DNA of 60,136 bases, counting the filler, from Sphacelaria rigidula (taxonomy: Eukaryota): NCBI GenBank assembly GCA_964200075.2. It is 10 parts of 10 records of this genome, joined end to end, with 100 filler letters (N's around TTAATTAATTAA, not from the genome) between each part and the next. Parts side by side here need not be neighbours in the genome. Positions count along the whole stretch, not along the records: positions 24,097 to 30,020 come from CAXNAA020023452.1; positions 30,121 to 36,044 come from CAXNAA020023453.1; positions 36,145 to 42,067 come from CAXNAA020023454.1; 7 more parts are not named here. The stretch is one strand, 5' to 3'. Below, one piece after another: positions 25,483-39,300 of this stretch; within the stretch, counting starts at the first letter, position 1; each line of letters begins with the position of its first letter. The notes under the pieces are model-generated. The model saw only the letters and a list, made by a program, of their open reading frames with translations, was not told the DNA's origin and did not search any database. The position numbers and the translations under genes are program-made.

Positions 25483-28005
25483 CTGCACACGCAGCGGAGT
25501 GAGAGAGAAAACATAAAAATGAAAAGCAAAAACATGGAAGTGATGTTTGGTAGTAGAGAAAGACAATGAGCATGTGGAGGCGTGCAGGGGCACATAGATC
25601 ACAGCCCGGTCGGTGCAACTGACTCCCACTTCCAGCGAGTTCGGGCAACAAAACCGATGAGGTCGAGTGCGTCCACGGATGCTTGCAGAGCTCTTCTCGA
25701 CAGTTTTACCGTGGTAAGTATGCTCACCTATTTCCGCTCTCTTTCTCATTCTTTATTTTGTTTTTCTTCTCTTTATGTATACAAGGCATGTTCTTTCCTC
25801 CTTTCAGATTTTTTTTTCTCTCCCTTGAATCTTCTTATTCGAAGAAAGGACGTTGATGGGTGTTCACACCCGCCAACGAAGCACACCCGCACACACCACG
25901 AGCGAGGGTAGGCATGACCATGGCCATATCCATACTCGCACTCATACTCATACTCAAACTTATACTCATACTCTTGGAAGGTGCGGCGACACTACTGTCG
26001 GTGGCGTCAACGATCGCTCATGACGTGTGACGTGGGTGATGTACTACACCATCATCGGCTGGTTGCCACGGGTCCTTCGGCGACAAGTGGTGGTGCTGTA
26101 GCCGTGGCCGGTGGAGGTGGTGGTCTACTTTGGATTACCCTTGTAAGGTTTCCGATGTTCGTGTTGCGCGAACGTACTGACGTCGCCGCACCACACGCTG
26201 CAGCCTGAAAAACAAGAAAAAAGTCCGATATATATATATATATATATATCAGTATATAGTACGTTGCCGTGCCGCCAACGTCGTGGCTGATTACCATGGT
26301 GGCTGAGTGAGTGATTGATTAACTAACTAATTGATCGACTATCGCACTTCAACTGACCCCCCAGGGGTCATGATCCAGCCCGTGGTCACATGATAGACCT
26401 ACCCGGGACAAAACAACACTGAAGCACTCGCCAGAGAAATGAGAACAAGACAATGGAAAAAGAGGTCGTGAAACACAACAACAGAGTAGACTAAGAAAAG
26501 AAAAAAAAGACAACAGAAGAAATTACCGCGGTAATATTACCGTGGCGACCGGATACCGTCCAAAATACGGTGCATTACCGTGATGGCTGATTACCGCGGC
26601 AAATGAACCGTGGAGGCCGATTACCGTCCCGAAAATATGGTGCATTATGATGTGGTGGCCGAATAGCGCGGTAAAAGTTACTACGGGTCGGACAAATAAT
26701 GATTCGTCTGGAAATTACTTGGTTTTAGTATGATGAGTCAACTCGTGACGAACCAATCCCTAGGCTTTGTTTCAGCGTTGCAGCCCAGGTACACGCAGCC
26801 CAGACACGTGGAATGGCGCAAACGTTGCATGGATACATACCCCTTGGACCGGCGATCAACTTTTTTCTCCCTTTCGGGCAATCAGGCCGAAGAAATCGTG
26901 AATTTGGTGATTATGAGTCGTGGTGATTTGTCCTAACCGTGAAAGTAACCAAGGTAAAAAATCGCTCACGAGAAGAGCCCTGAAAAATTGTACACGTTGA
27001 ACAGCTCATGAGCTACCTAAGATAACCAATCAAAGAGGAATCTCAGACCCGTCGGTCCAAATACACAAAGTACGTGACGGCGGGGTCAGAGAATCCAAAA
27101 GCGCAGCCCTTGTGATATTCCGCATGCTCGGCGTCCAGCGCTGAAGGGAGAAGATATGAGAACAGGGGCCAAGTGAGCTATAGCTCATGATCCGGACCAG
27201 TTCACTATAAGGAAGTCATATTTAGGTAGCTCAGGTGAGGTGCCTCACAAGTGCAATTTTTTAGAGCGAAAAAGATGCTCCTTCCGTTGCGGGTATGAGA
27301 TTTAAGGCCGCAGAGGACAAAATCATCACGGGTGTGCGTGGCGAGCTAACAATAAGATCTGTCTCAAAAGTTCCTCCATATCCCTGATTGTCGGTCAACT
27401 CGTCCAAAGAAGCAGGAAACTGAGTGACCGTTATCTACCTACCTCATGGTCAATGTTAGACATCCGATGACGAAACGAAGCGATCAGAGCACATGTGCGG
27501 TGTAAACACACGTACTGTGCAGGGCCAACTGTTGTTTGTATCAGACAATTTTTCATCCCGTGTGCTCTTGCAGCAACAGAGTTGACACAGTCGAGAGTAC
27601 GGCGGTGTCCCTCCGCCATACTCTTACAATCTTACCATCACTCCCTTCCTCGGAACGGATCCACAGCCTCAAGATATCCATCACCCTGTCTCTCCATTGG
27701 TCCGTGCCTGACATTTCGTCAGCGCTGATTGGCTCAGCAATTCCACACTGCGTCGACTCTCCCCCGGTCTTCTCGCTACTTCCGCCCCCAAGTTTCCAAC
27801 AACCCAAATTAGACGAATAATCCTTGGGAGAGAGAGGAAGATCTCTTGTATCGCGTCGGTGTGAATTTTTTTCTGAGTCCGATTATATTTGTCCTTCACC
27901 CTATTTTGGGGATCCTCGTACTTAGCCTGTGACCACGGAAGGCGTCCGCATCAGATGCCCAGTGCAGACTACTGAGCAAATATCGGAACGGTTTTTAATG
28001 TGAAG

Positions 28006-28014
28006 ACAACAACG

Positions 28015-28068
<54 letters not shown>
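28006..28068. repeat. (CAA)n microsatellite, probably a retroposon tail; a (CAGA)n tract lies at ~28447-28507
   Basis: Direct inspection. Confidence 0.9.
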
Positions 28069-28069
<1 letters not shown>

Positions 28070-28732
28070 GAGAAAAATCAATAAGGTAACATAGCTGCAG
28101 GGATTTGAAGCCCATCCTAACCACTTTTACAACTTTTCTTTTTTCCCCCTCGAATAAAGGAGGAAACCTCCCTCAACACTTACCCAGCCAACGGGTTCGT
28201 GTGCCGATTACCCAGAGGCTCGGCTAGACCACCTCGCGGCAGTCACGTGGGGTAAGCGCCCCAAGCGTTCGAAAGGCTTTGCTCAAGCCACTGTGGGAGT
28301 TGAACCCACTTAGATCCCCCGTCAACTTGGCGCAGTGCACACGCCGACCAACTGTTATGAACTTCGACGAACATGTGCTGTGTGCGCACCAGTTACATAT
28401 ACATTGAAGGAAGGAACTACACGCAAAATACGCTCGAGCTAGGAGAGACAGACAGACCAACAGACAGACAGACAGACCAACAGACAGACAGATAGACAGA
28501 CAGACAGTCAAAGAGAGAGACCGATAGACATGCAGATGAAGACAGAGACGGAAACGGAGGAACAGAGACACCGAGAGGGACAGAGAAACCATTAAAATTC
28601 TGGTTCTTTAAGTTTCGTCACACCCCATACATGGGCTATTTTTGCGAGCTCTCGGTTGATGTCCCACCTCCCATTTTCAGCCCGCTTTTCCCATCGTTAT
28701 TGTTTTTCGTCATCTTCCAGACCTCCCCTTAC

Positions 28733-28859
28733 CTGAAACCGAACCTCGCTCGGCGTGCCCGCGCTCGATTTCTTCAGGGCTCCCGCTCCAGCAGTGTCGA
28801 CAGCAGCGTCACCCGACCGCCTCATCTCTCTCACCCCTTCCAACTGTTCTCTCCATTTG
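28733..28859 (-). CDS. NTH1: Endonuclease III-like DNA glycosylase/AP lyase, first visible exon
   Basis: Acceptor cccctcccag, donor CAG|gtaagg. KWREQLEGVREMRRSGDAAVDTAG...EVRFQ resembles NTH1 W..Q...IR.MR...APVD..G and joins in frame as RFQ|VLMSAMLSSQTKD. Confidence 0.88.
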
Positions 28860-29033
28860 CTGGGAGGGGCGAGGGAAGACAGCACGGTAAGCGATGACCC
28901 GCTTCTCCTGCGATTGGGGGGTTTAACATGGACACATGTGGGGACTAATGCGTGCATGAACAGATTGGTGCAGGAAAAATTCCAGGGCGCTTACCTCGCT
29001 GTGTTCTCTACAAGGGGTGCGCGCGCGGGGGGG

Positions 29034-29545
29034 GTGTACCCATGATCTTGCATGCCGTAGTTGTAAGACCATTGACCTCGCATCCCTACAAAGCTAGGAC
29101 GAAGCACGCGGGGTTTTCCCCGGGCCAGGCTCGCAATCAACCACCAAGCGCAAAGCGCGGTGATGTGTCCGGCGAGTCGCATGAAGGGTGAGCTGCATCC
29201 TGCTAAGATTGTTCGGCCCGAAGCGTACTGATTATCCTGCATATGGATGACAGCCTCCAATGTGTTGCTTCAATTTCTGGTATCGCCACTTCCAGAGGCA
29301 GCCACGGGTTCCATACTGCCTCATGCGTATCTCACCATTTAAATACAACGTAGTACAATAACCCCCCTTTGTGTGCAATTGAGATTCTCCACCCCCGCAC
29401 GATATGATTTCGCTCGACCACCATCATGGTTACCGCGAAAAAAACGCAAGCGAAGAAGAAATCGGTGACCCGGTCCCTTGACTTAAGCAGATGTTCGGCG
29501 TGTTTTCCAGGGTCCTTGCCAACCGACACCAACCCTCAAAAAGCA
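29034..29545 (-). mobile_element. Retroposon family B, longest copy (others 6025-6080 +, 12049-12071 +, 24097-24180 -, ~32690-32950 + pieces, ~35880-35975 -, ~55881-55930 -, 56396-56766 +)
   Basis: Colinear homology among copies, with a common 3' end gggatgcgaggtcaatggtc..actatggcatgcatgatcatgagtacac followed by a C-run and variable 5' truncation. Confidence 0.75.
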
Positions 29546-30272
29546 GGGGAAGAGGTTGTGTGTGGGGGGGGGCGGGGGGGGCACAGTTCGATCGATGAAG
29601 GAGGACACCTACGGGTCACGCTCGTAGGTGAATGGGCTGGCAAGCAAGGGAGCGCACGGTGGAGATATCATCCGAAACAGCCCCTCCCGGTAGTGGATCT
29701 CTATATCTTCGACGCAAACTGTTTTTGCGTGAACGTCTGCGGCGTTTTTTTATTCGCAAAGAACGTTCATCATGTGAAGTGATGCACTTCGTCCAAGAAC
29801 AGACAACGCTGCCTCAGCTCGTGACCGATTGACACATGAACAAGCACACAGCCAACAAGCTGGGTGAGAACGACGCTACAGACTGAGCTATCGGCCGCTG
29901 TGTCGGGCATAGTATATCTCGTGATCACCGTGCGAACAGGTTTGAGGCAGGGGGGGGGGGGGGGGGGGTCACTATTTTTTTTTCCCCTTTGTTTTTTTGT
30001 TTTTGCCCCCCCCCCTCTTTNNNNNNNNNNNNNNNNNNNNNNNNNNNNNNNNNNNNNNNNNNNNTTAATTAATTAANNNNNNNNNNNNNNNNNNNNNNNN
30101 NNNNNNNNNNNNNNNNNNNNAAAGTGTTTGGGGGGCCAAATGCCCACCAAAAAAGGCAAAAAAAAAAAAAAAACCCCCCCCCCCCCCCCCCCCCCGCCCC
30201 CTCGTTACACTTCCAACTCCTTCCCTTCCTTGAGACGAGCCCGCCATGGAAAGTGAATCAATCAATCTCTTA

Positions 30273-30546
30273 CACATGTCGGACAGCTCATGAGCTAGCT
30301 ACCTCAAATACATAGCTAATCCAAGAGAAGCTCTCAGATCCATTGCACAAAACCACAAAACCACGGAAGACGTGACAACAGTATCCGAGAAGCAAACGCG
30401 TTACTCTCCCGGTGCACCGCGTGCTCGGCGTCCATCGCTATCAGGAGCTGATACGGAAATAGGGGCCACATCAGCTAACTGATGATCCGGATCAATAGTT
30501 TCATAAGTAACAATATCCAGGTAGCTCATGAGATGTCCGACGTGTG
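30273..30546. mobile_element. ~275-bp MITE (related copies ~27000-27245 and ~14350-14870)
   Basis: TIRs cacatgtcggacagctcatgagcta ... tagctcatgagatgtccgacgtgtg. Confidence 0.75.
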
Positions 30547-30869
30547 ATCTCTTGTATACTGGTATCGCGTATTGGACCATGACCAAAAAATCCGCACCAT
30601 GTCGATTCTCGCCGAAAAAACATTTTTTGTCACTCAAATCAGACGCCTTCTCAAAAGAAGAAAATGAGTGCGGCATTTGCCAGGATTAACTGTTGTTCCT
30701 GCGCTGAAACAGCACCCAGTCGTATCATTTTAATTCAGACCACCTGTCCGCGGTACCCCATAACCAGGATATTTTTATCGGACGACGCATTGCACTCATG
30801 GATGAACATTAACAACGAACACTTTTGTCACACTTGTCAACACCTTCCCTTGAAAAAAACGGAGATAAG

Positions 30870-31672
30870 AGGAAATTGAGGTGAGAATATAGCGTAACGA
30901 ACATGCAGAGGAAGAGATTGCCAGCCATAGTTGATAGGACTGTATGAAAGAAAATTACGTAAGGGCATGCTGGAATAAGGTGGGATAAAAAAGTTGAGAT
31001 ACTATGGAAGGAGTTAGGAGGAAATAAAGACGGGATACTGTCCATAGGTGAAGGCGCGGGGTGCAAGACAAAAATAAGGGACATTATACAAATAAGGGTG
31101 AAAGGAGCGCTCACACACGAGGTAGACGAGGAAGAATGCCTGGAGATATACGGGGGGTTGAGAGAGGGGATAGGGGTGGGAAAATATCTGCATGGCCCCA
31201 TGGACGCGGCGAAACATCTAAACTACGATTTCGGGTGGGGGACCTGGACCTGCCAGAAGGAAGAAAGAGATTTACCAGTCGTCGAGAGCAGGAAGTAGAT
31301 CGACAGAACTGCTCTTGTGGCAAAGGAATAGAGAGCAGAAGTCATATAGTGGCAGAATGTGAACTATATGAGGAGGAACGGGACGTGCTAGAGGGAGAAA
31401 TGCGGAACGTGAATGGAGGTGGCATGAAATCGTTTGATGCATCGGACAGTAGGAAGAAAACGATGGTTATACCAGGAGATAGATGGTGGCCGCAGACGGC
31501 GAAACAGGACGGGGATAAGATGTGTGAAAGGTTCTTTGTGTAGTGTGTGAAAGAAACGTAATGAGCACCTGAATGTTGGAGGTGTCTCTATTTGCAGCAG
31601 GGACGGTGCTCCGTTTCGAAAGGGATGCGTTGTCAACGGTCGAACGACTAAGGCAGGCAACAAATGAGTACG
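30870..31672 (+). mobile_element. Non-LTR retrotransposon (LINE) ORF2 C-terminus and 3' end, family A, degenerate
   Basis: YGGLREGIG..YLHGPMDAA..LRFRVGDLDLPEGRKRFTS..CSCGKGIESRSHIVAEC (CxCx8Hx4C knuckle typical of LINE ORF2 C-termini)..GDRWWPQTAKQ; ends caaatgagtacg plus a C-run. Confidence 0.75.
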
Positions 31673-31870
31673 CCTTCCCCCCCCACCCTTCCCCCCACCC
31701 CCCCACCCCCCGCCGCCTCGGGAGCAGTCCGTACAGTAGCCTGCAAAATATCAATCTATCTACATCATCTCCCCCAGTCAGTCCCCACGCCTGCACCTTT
31801 ATCCACGGAAAAAAACATTGAATCAGCGCCACCTGTGAACGTTCTTGGACTTGACTCTAGTCATTCTCAC

Positions 31871-31946
31871 CTGCTCTCGATCTCCAAGTGTTTGGATAAC
31901 AGAAGCCAGAAAAGGGGTATCATTTTCGACATCCTCAATCAGTGAC
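31871..31946 (-). CDS. Probable exon of an unidentified gene
   Basis: tatgtag acceptor and CAG|gtgaga donor; the only open frame is SLIEDVENDTPFLASVIQTLGDREQ. Confidence 0.5.
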
Positions 31947-33207
31947 CTACATAATCCACCCGAAACCAAGCAGTATCGACGTGCTCGTTTGTCCGCAGGG
32001 ATGCGGCGACACACCGTAATAGAATCCAAGCAAGTCGACTACATTTCGTCGACGGGATGTGGGCCAAAACGTTTCCAAACTTACACCCCCGAGTTTCGAA
32101 CATCGCTTCTGCCGCGACCCGGTGGTGTACATTGAAACGGTAAAACTGATACCAGTGGGGTGGAAATAACACGGGTCCGATTCCTGCCAGATAGATGCGT
32201 TTTTTTTCTCTTTTTTTCTTTTTCCTCACGAAAAAATATCTGATTTCCGTCCTTGGAAAGCGTGAGGACTTTGAGTAGGAAAACAAAAAAACGTTTGTTC
32301 AACGGAGTTTGTCTGACGAGAGTCGACGCGGTGCGGAAATAATGGTCATGATTCAATCCGCGATAGACACCAAAATGCGACTCGTGTAGAGTCATGAGTC
32401 ATCCTACGATACGGCAGGTGGGGGGGAAGGGCGTACTCATTTGTTGATTGCCTTAGTCATTTGACCATTTACCAACCATGACCAGGAGGGGGAAGGGGTT
32501 GATTCCACGAAGAAGAGCTCATGGGTGTGTCAGACGTCTTACCACACTCGTGGTGCGCTTGTATTTGGGGAGAAGCGGTGTTAAGCATTAATAGTATGAA
32601 TGAGTGTTACTGTTATTCATCGGTAACAACCGTGTCCGAGAAACTTTTGCTACTTCCGTCGAAGAAATGGCCCCAGATACCCCCCCCATGGTCCGGCGAG
32701 AACCCGGCGTGCTCCGTCCTGGCTTTGTAGGGGGCGGACCCTCGATCGGGTTGGCGTCGGTTGGCCATGACGCTATAAAACACGCCACTCACTGCGTAAG
32801 TTAGGCTACCAGTCTATCGATTTTTTTTTAACGCACTTGCGGGATTTTTTCCGGTAACCATGATGGCAGTCGAGCTAGATCATATTATGCCGTGTGGGGA
32901 AACCTCAACTCCGCAAAATGGGGATGATCGTACTACGTAGTGTTTAAATGGAGGGCGCGCGGGGAGGGGGGGGTATGGATATGTACGCGACATACCGTTT
33001 TAGTGGACGTGTCTATTATCTTATAAACTGTTTTTGGATAGGCCAAGAGGTGATCATCGCCAAGAGCTGCATCATTTTCTGCTATCGCCACCGCCACCTC
33101 CACAGAAGGTCAAGAGTTACACACTGCTCCATGGCTGTCTCGCACCATAGACGCACCACGGAGGGCGCGGGGGGGGGGGGCATGGATACGTACAGCACAT
33201 GACTCAC

Positions 33208-33322
33208 GTGTTTCGTGCCATTGGCATTCGCGAATATTTTTTCGGGAATAATGCCCTCCTCGTCGAGCTTGGTCAGGATCACGTCCGTCCGCCGATTGGT
33301 TACTCGAACAGAGTCCCAGTAC
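33208..33322 (-). CDS. Probable exon of an unidentified gene
   Basis: gtccaccag acceptor and strong gtgagt donor; preferred frame YWDSVRVTNRRTDVILTKLDEEGIIPEKIFANANGTKH (a second frame is also open). Confidence 0.55.
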
Positions 33323-36300
33323 CTGGTGGACAGCATAACGACGACAGTAACCGATTGATTCGATTTGATTGATTGATTGATTGATTGATTGGATGATTCC
33401 TGAATTCATCACCAATCGTCCAACGCCGGCTGATGAGCTGCCGCGGACTCTCCAACCGTGGTCGTAACGTGGGCGCAACTAAATGTGAGAGCGAAGCGGG
33501 AAATACTCGCAAATGAAGGAAGGTCGAAGAGAATGAAGCCAAGAGCGATAAAAGAGGTACAAACGATGTCAAAAATACGAAACAGAATGATTGCGCGAAG
33601 GTATATGGATTGACCACTTTCTCGCTACTCGCGTACAGCCGATAGTGAACCCATCGTCCTAACTGACACCTCGATGAGTGAGCCCATCCATCGCTGAGGA
33701 TCCCAGCAAACCAAATTTTACCGACACTTTGATTTTTTGCAGTGCCAGTTGGTACCGGTCCATTGGGGTTCGGAACCAAGACCTCACGCATGGGTGCATA
33801 CGAGGAACAGAAAAAAACGACAGAATCGCTACACATTCCCGCAAACACGAAAGTAACGGCAGTCTGATCATTTGTTTTCCAGTCTAAACTTCGGTCATCG
33901 CAATGCTGTCAGCCACAGTAATCGGGCCTGTACTCTCATTAGCTGCGGTCCAGGCTGTAGAATAGGGTACAGTAGTGCGCACGGATCACACAATGTTGTA
34001 GGTATTTTCTTATAGCGGCGGTACAGTAGTGTTGGTGAGCTGAGGGCAAACCAGGAATTTATAGGAGGCTTCTGCCTGAGTAAACTATTGATCGATTCAG
34101 TGATTCATTGATTGATTAATTAGTTGACTAGTTGATGAATTCAATGAGTGTCGCACTACGTTAACTATTCCTCGAGGGATCCAGCCATGGACATTATCCA
34201 CAAGATATAAGAATCTGAGGTAAACAAAACGGACACGCTCGCCAGAGAAAAAAAAAAGGGAAAAGCAAGAGGGTAGAAGAACAAGAAGAGAAAAAAAAAG
34301 ACGGAGTGAACTGAGAAACAACAAATGAAGACACATCAAGAGAGGTGTCCGTATTATAGGCTAAATTCCGATCAGCATCGCTCACGACACCTCTTATTTA
34401 CGTCTGGATTCAAGTCTGGAGCATTCGATGCTGAATAACGAAGGGCTGAATCTTACTGATAGTAACAAAACACAAGACAGGTTTCTCCTAAATGCTCAAA
34501 GTTCCGCGGACTTGAGTACAGGTGCCCTTGTGTGCTCGTTCACCGAACCCTAATTAACCCTCTCAGCGCGGCGCCTTGATTCGGTACGATGTTTTTCGGC
34601 TGACAGTCCCGCTGTCGTGACTTATCGCTCGGAATGGCGTGCAGTTTTCTCTACAGGATAAATATAGATGTTTGCGTGAAAGTACAGTCTGTGGTTGTTT
34701 TGCCTGTCTGTCTATCTGTTTGCTTTTGTTTCCGTCTACTCCTTGGTGTCTGTTCTACTCCACCTTTTCTGTTTTTATTATTTCTTCAGCGAGTGCTTCA
34801 ATCTTGTTTTCGTCTTTGGTACGTACGTCCAATCATGTGGATAATGACCACGACTGGATCATGACTACCTGGGGGATCAGTCACAAGTTCGATAAACAAT
34901 CAATCAATCAATCAATCAATCGATCACAGTACGGTGGTCCGCCAGTACTCTCCCGACGCCGAACGTACACAGCGCTTGCCATCAACCACTCGCAAGCAAG
35001 CTCGCTCTGGGAAAATGTGATGCTGGACAAACCTTTGCTTGATCTTATATTTGCCGCCGTGCGTCCATCTTTGGCCTTTTCAGATACTGTAACAAGTGAA
35101 CTGTTCGTATCTGCTTATCCCAATTCGGGTGTACTTCCGTATCACCCGCTTGCGCTCGATGATGACACCCTCTCAACTCGCGTATCCATCTGTTCGTATC
35201 AAGGCGTTTTCATTGTGACCAAAGCCGCCGTTTTTCACGTGTCCATCTGTGTCCCGTCTGAGGGGTCCCGTGACAAAGGAGTTCAAGTGTCAGAATATCA
35301 AGCATTTCCCAAGAGGAATTCAAAAGCCCACCAGCAGTTACGACTGAGCAAGCAACGGTTGCCCGGGAGAGTGTCAACTGAGCGTGCGTTTCCCCAACAC
35401 AAGTCAAGTTTTGAGGGGATGGCAAAGCGCACCACACTACACTTCCCTCGAGCACAACACAAGTAGGGGCTTTCTTCCCGGGCAAAGGTGAGCGAAATAG
35501 AGACGTTATTTCCGACACGATTTACATTGAATGACAATGTAAAGTCATCATACATAGCAAACAGGTAAAAAGCACACCTCACGAAATATCTACCGACATA
35601 CATGCGGCTGTGGAAGCAATGTGTCACAGCTACATGTACTAATTAACCGGATGACAGTCGCCGGGCCAGGCACGGGGGTATAGATACCCATCATCCTACG
35701 CTCGACAAAGTAAGTGCACGTCAACCACTCGAGTACAGTGCTGGGGTAGGTGGAAATAAATGGGTTAATCTCTCGGAAATATCGATTCGTCCCGAGCAGG
35801 GACAGAGCTGGTGTACTTATTTGTTGCTTGCCTTAGAGTTTTGACCCTTTAGACCCGAGGAGAGGGACGGGGGGGGGGGTGCCCATGATCTTGCATGCCA
35901 CATCATATGACCATTGACCTCGCAACCTTACAAAGCCGGCACGGATCACGCTTGGTTTCCGCCGGACCAGGCTAGGAGGAGGGGGGGGGGGGGGGCGTGC
36001 TCATTTGTTGGTTGCCTTAGTCGTTTGATCATTGACCACGCATCNNNNNNNNNNNNNNNNNNNNNNNNNNNNNNNNNNNNNNNNNNNNTTAATTAATTAA
36101 NNNNNNNNNNNNNNNNNNNNNNNNNNNNNNNNNNNNNNNNNNNNCCCAAGCGTGGGAATTCCCAGCTTCTCGTTGTGCTCGGCTTTTCTCATTTCGATTT
36201 ACGTCAAAATTTTGCCTCCCAAAACCATGCGCTGATTTGGAGGGGGCTATCGCAGAAAGTGTCCTAAGCTCACATCAACAACTCCCATCACACAAAACAC

Positions 36301-36399
36301 TCCCATCACACCAACGAGCCTCACCACTTCAACGACTCCCGCCATTCGAGGGACTCGCACCCGCGTGCAAACCTTGTACAATGGAGTCAGCCCCCGACT

Positions 36400-39300
36400 A
36401 CAGACGAAGCCTTCACCCCCCGGGCAGGGACGGTTTCGACGGTGCTGGATATCCATTATGTGCAGAGTCATGAGCTATCGTCACACCAAACACTGCCCCA
36501 ATATCAGCAGCACCACCACCCTACTGCATACCACGCACCACCATATCCCCACCATCCCCCACAAAACGCCTATCAACCTTCCCCACCAACAGACAACTAC
36601 CCACAGCAACCTAACTAACAATATCACCATCCCGCACCAACAGACCACTACCCACAGCAACATTCCCAACAGTAATAACCACCGGGCCGGCAGCACCACT
36701 CTTACTACTATCCTAACCCGGAAAACAGCCTTCATCACCAACAATACCAAACCGCAGCCCCACCCCACGACCAACAGTAGCAGCATCAGCAGCCGAGCCC
36801 CCCCCAGCTACATCTGCTCCGTCTCCCGATACGTACACCTCGGAGCATCCACGCCGATATATGACAGTTTCCATGCCAAAAGGCGAGTCTCGGTTTCGGC
36901 TTGGTAATGTTGATTTGCAGGGATATGCTATGATGCATCGTGAGGAGGTGTCAGAGAGGTGATGATTTGGAAGAGTGGATATCTGACACCGGGGCCTCGC
37001 ACCATTCTACTGGAAGCATGGAGGGGTTGTTTGATGTGCGAGTTCCCCCTCATGGTAACGAGAATGTGGTTTTAGGATATGGTACTGTGCTTCCAGTAAG
37101 AACCGTCGGTAGCCTTGACCTCAGATTTTACATGGGACTCACTGACGGGGCTGAGCGCACTTGTTTTTGTGTGAAGCTCACTGACGTGTATGCGCTTGAT
37201 GGTATGAAGTCCAACCTCTTCTCTTGACATCAGGCACAGTACAAACAGGGCATTACTTTGACTAGAGCAAGCATATCGTTGTTGAACGGGCAACTACGAT
37301 TCGACCGTAATTCGCGTTCATCTCCTCAATTCGCGAAACGTTTGCCGCCCACATCGGATAATGCTTCGATTGCAGTCCCGGCCATGGGGGAACATTCTAC
37401 ATATACTGTGTCCGCGCGTGTTACTGTCAGTGCCCCCCCGACTGCTTCATCTTCGCGTGCTACTATCAGAAACCCTTCGACTACTGTGCCTTCGTGTGCT
37501 TCCGTCGGTGGAACCCCGGCTACTGTAGCGCAATCTACTGCGACGGTGGCTTCGCGTGCTACTGTCAGAAGCCCCCCGATTACTGTGTCTTCGCGTGATA
37601 CTGTCAGTAACGCCCCGAGTACTGTGTCTCCGCACGATGCTGTCAGAACCCCCCCGGATGCTGTGTCTTCGTGTGCTTCTGTCGGTGCAACCCCGACTAC
37701 TGTAGCGCAATCTACTGCGACGGTGTCTTCGCGTGCTACTGCCGACTCATCCAATAGGTTTCCCACAGGATTGACTCCTGTTCCAGGTTTGCACTTACCG
37801 GACCTACTTTTGTCCGAGGAGGATGAGATTGCTACATGTAGTCCCTCAGAATTTCCCCTCGAGTTCTAGGCCTTTAGGAATTGAGTGAGGAGGAGGTTTT
37901 GGATTTGGTGCTTGCAGTTATAGCCCCCGGCCGTCGACCATCCACTGTCGGCAAGCCCCAATAAACGTTGGACATCAACTACCATCACGTTTCCCTCTAT
38001 CATGCTCACGAGATCATTCTCCGAGCAACTGCCGCCCAATGGGGCATTACTCTCACAGGGCAGCTGACACAATGCACAGGATGTGTGGAGTCAAAAGGGC
38101 GACGCGCCGCGATCCCACATTGAAGTGCTCTGTCACCCACGGTCCTCGGCATCGTGCACCTCGATCTCACGGGCCCGCATGTGCGGACACTAGGCGGTTC
38201 ACTATACATGCTCCCCTGTGTGGATAGTAAGTCTCGTTCCATCGTGCTTTGCGGCTTGGCGAGGAAGGCACACGCTTTGGCATAGGTGAAGGGATACGCG
38301 GCCGTCGCCATATCAGTTCGGTGTTCCTCCGTGCTTCCGATAGAAAACGGGGGTGGATTTCGTTCGCAACACTTCATCGATTTCGGTGACGAGGTACGGA
38401 TTCGCCGCGAGTACACAGCGCCCGACACCCCGAAGCACAACACTGTGGCCGAGAACGCAATCCGGCGCACGATGAAGGTTGGCCACGCTGCGCGATGTGA
38501 CGCTTTGCGCCTTTTCCCGTTGGGGCCTTCACGGACATCCCCGGACTCGGTGCCACCTCGCATGGACTCTGGTTGGAGTCTGCGGTGTGGGCTGCGGATG
38601 GCTTCAACCGCTCTGCCGCGATGGCCAACCCTGGGAAGGTCCCGCCGTACCAGTTTTTCACCGGCCGTGCCCCTCCTCTCCAGATCGTTGCCTTCCTTCA
38701 CCCTGGAATGATGAGGGTCACATGACGCTCCAAGATGGGCCCGCAAGCTGTCAAGTGCTACTATCTCAACAACGACTGCAGAGTGATGCTACGGTGGGGT
38801 TGCACTTTTTGAGCGAAAATGTTTCTCGGGGTGTTGGGCGGATCATTTTGAGAATCGACATCATTTTCACTTGAAAAAGACTGAAAATGATGCAGAAATA
38901 CGAAAAGGCTCCTGTGTGCATCTCCATGTCTTGTCCCCGGAGATTTGGTTTATACAGTGAGCCCCATATATTTGGGCTCCTACAAAAACGAGGCCCAGAA
39001 ACAAAAAGGGCAACCCCTATCGTAGCATCGCTCTGCAACTATTCATCGTCAACCGTGAAGGTCATCAAAGCCTCAACCGGCTCCGTCTATTATACCAATA
39101 ACATGGTCCGGACAGTGCCTCGTCTACCACTCCAACCATCAGCGCCGCTCGACGGCAGGAGGGGGGAACACGGCAACACCGAGACTTTAGCTTCCGCCGC
39201 CGCCGCCAACAACCCGCCGCCGCTGCGAAACCATACTACCCCACAACCGCAACCATATGCCGCCGCCGCTGCCAACTTGCCGCCGCCGCACCGTGTTGCT

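Noticed and set aside
34639..35466. 275-aa plus-strand ORF
   Set aside because: It runs through an (AATC)n-tailed repeat and has no recognisable domain; likely a chance ORF.
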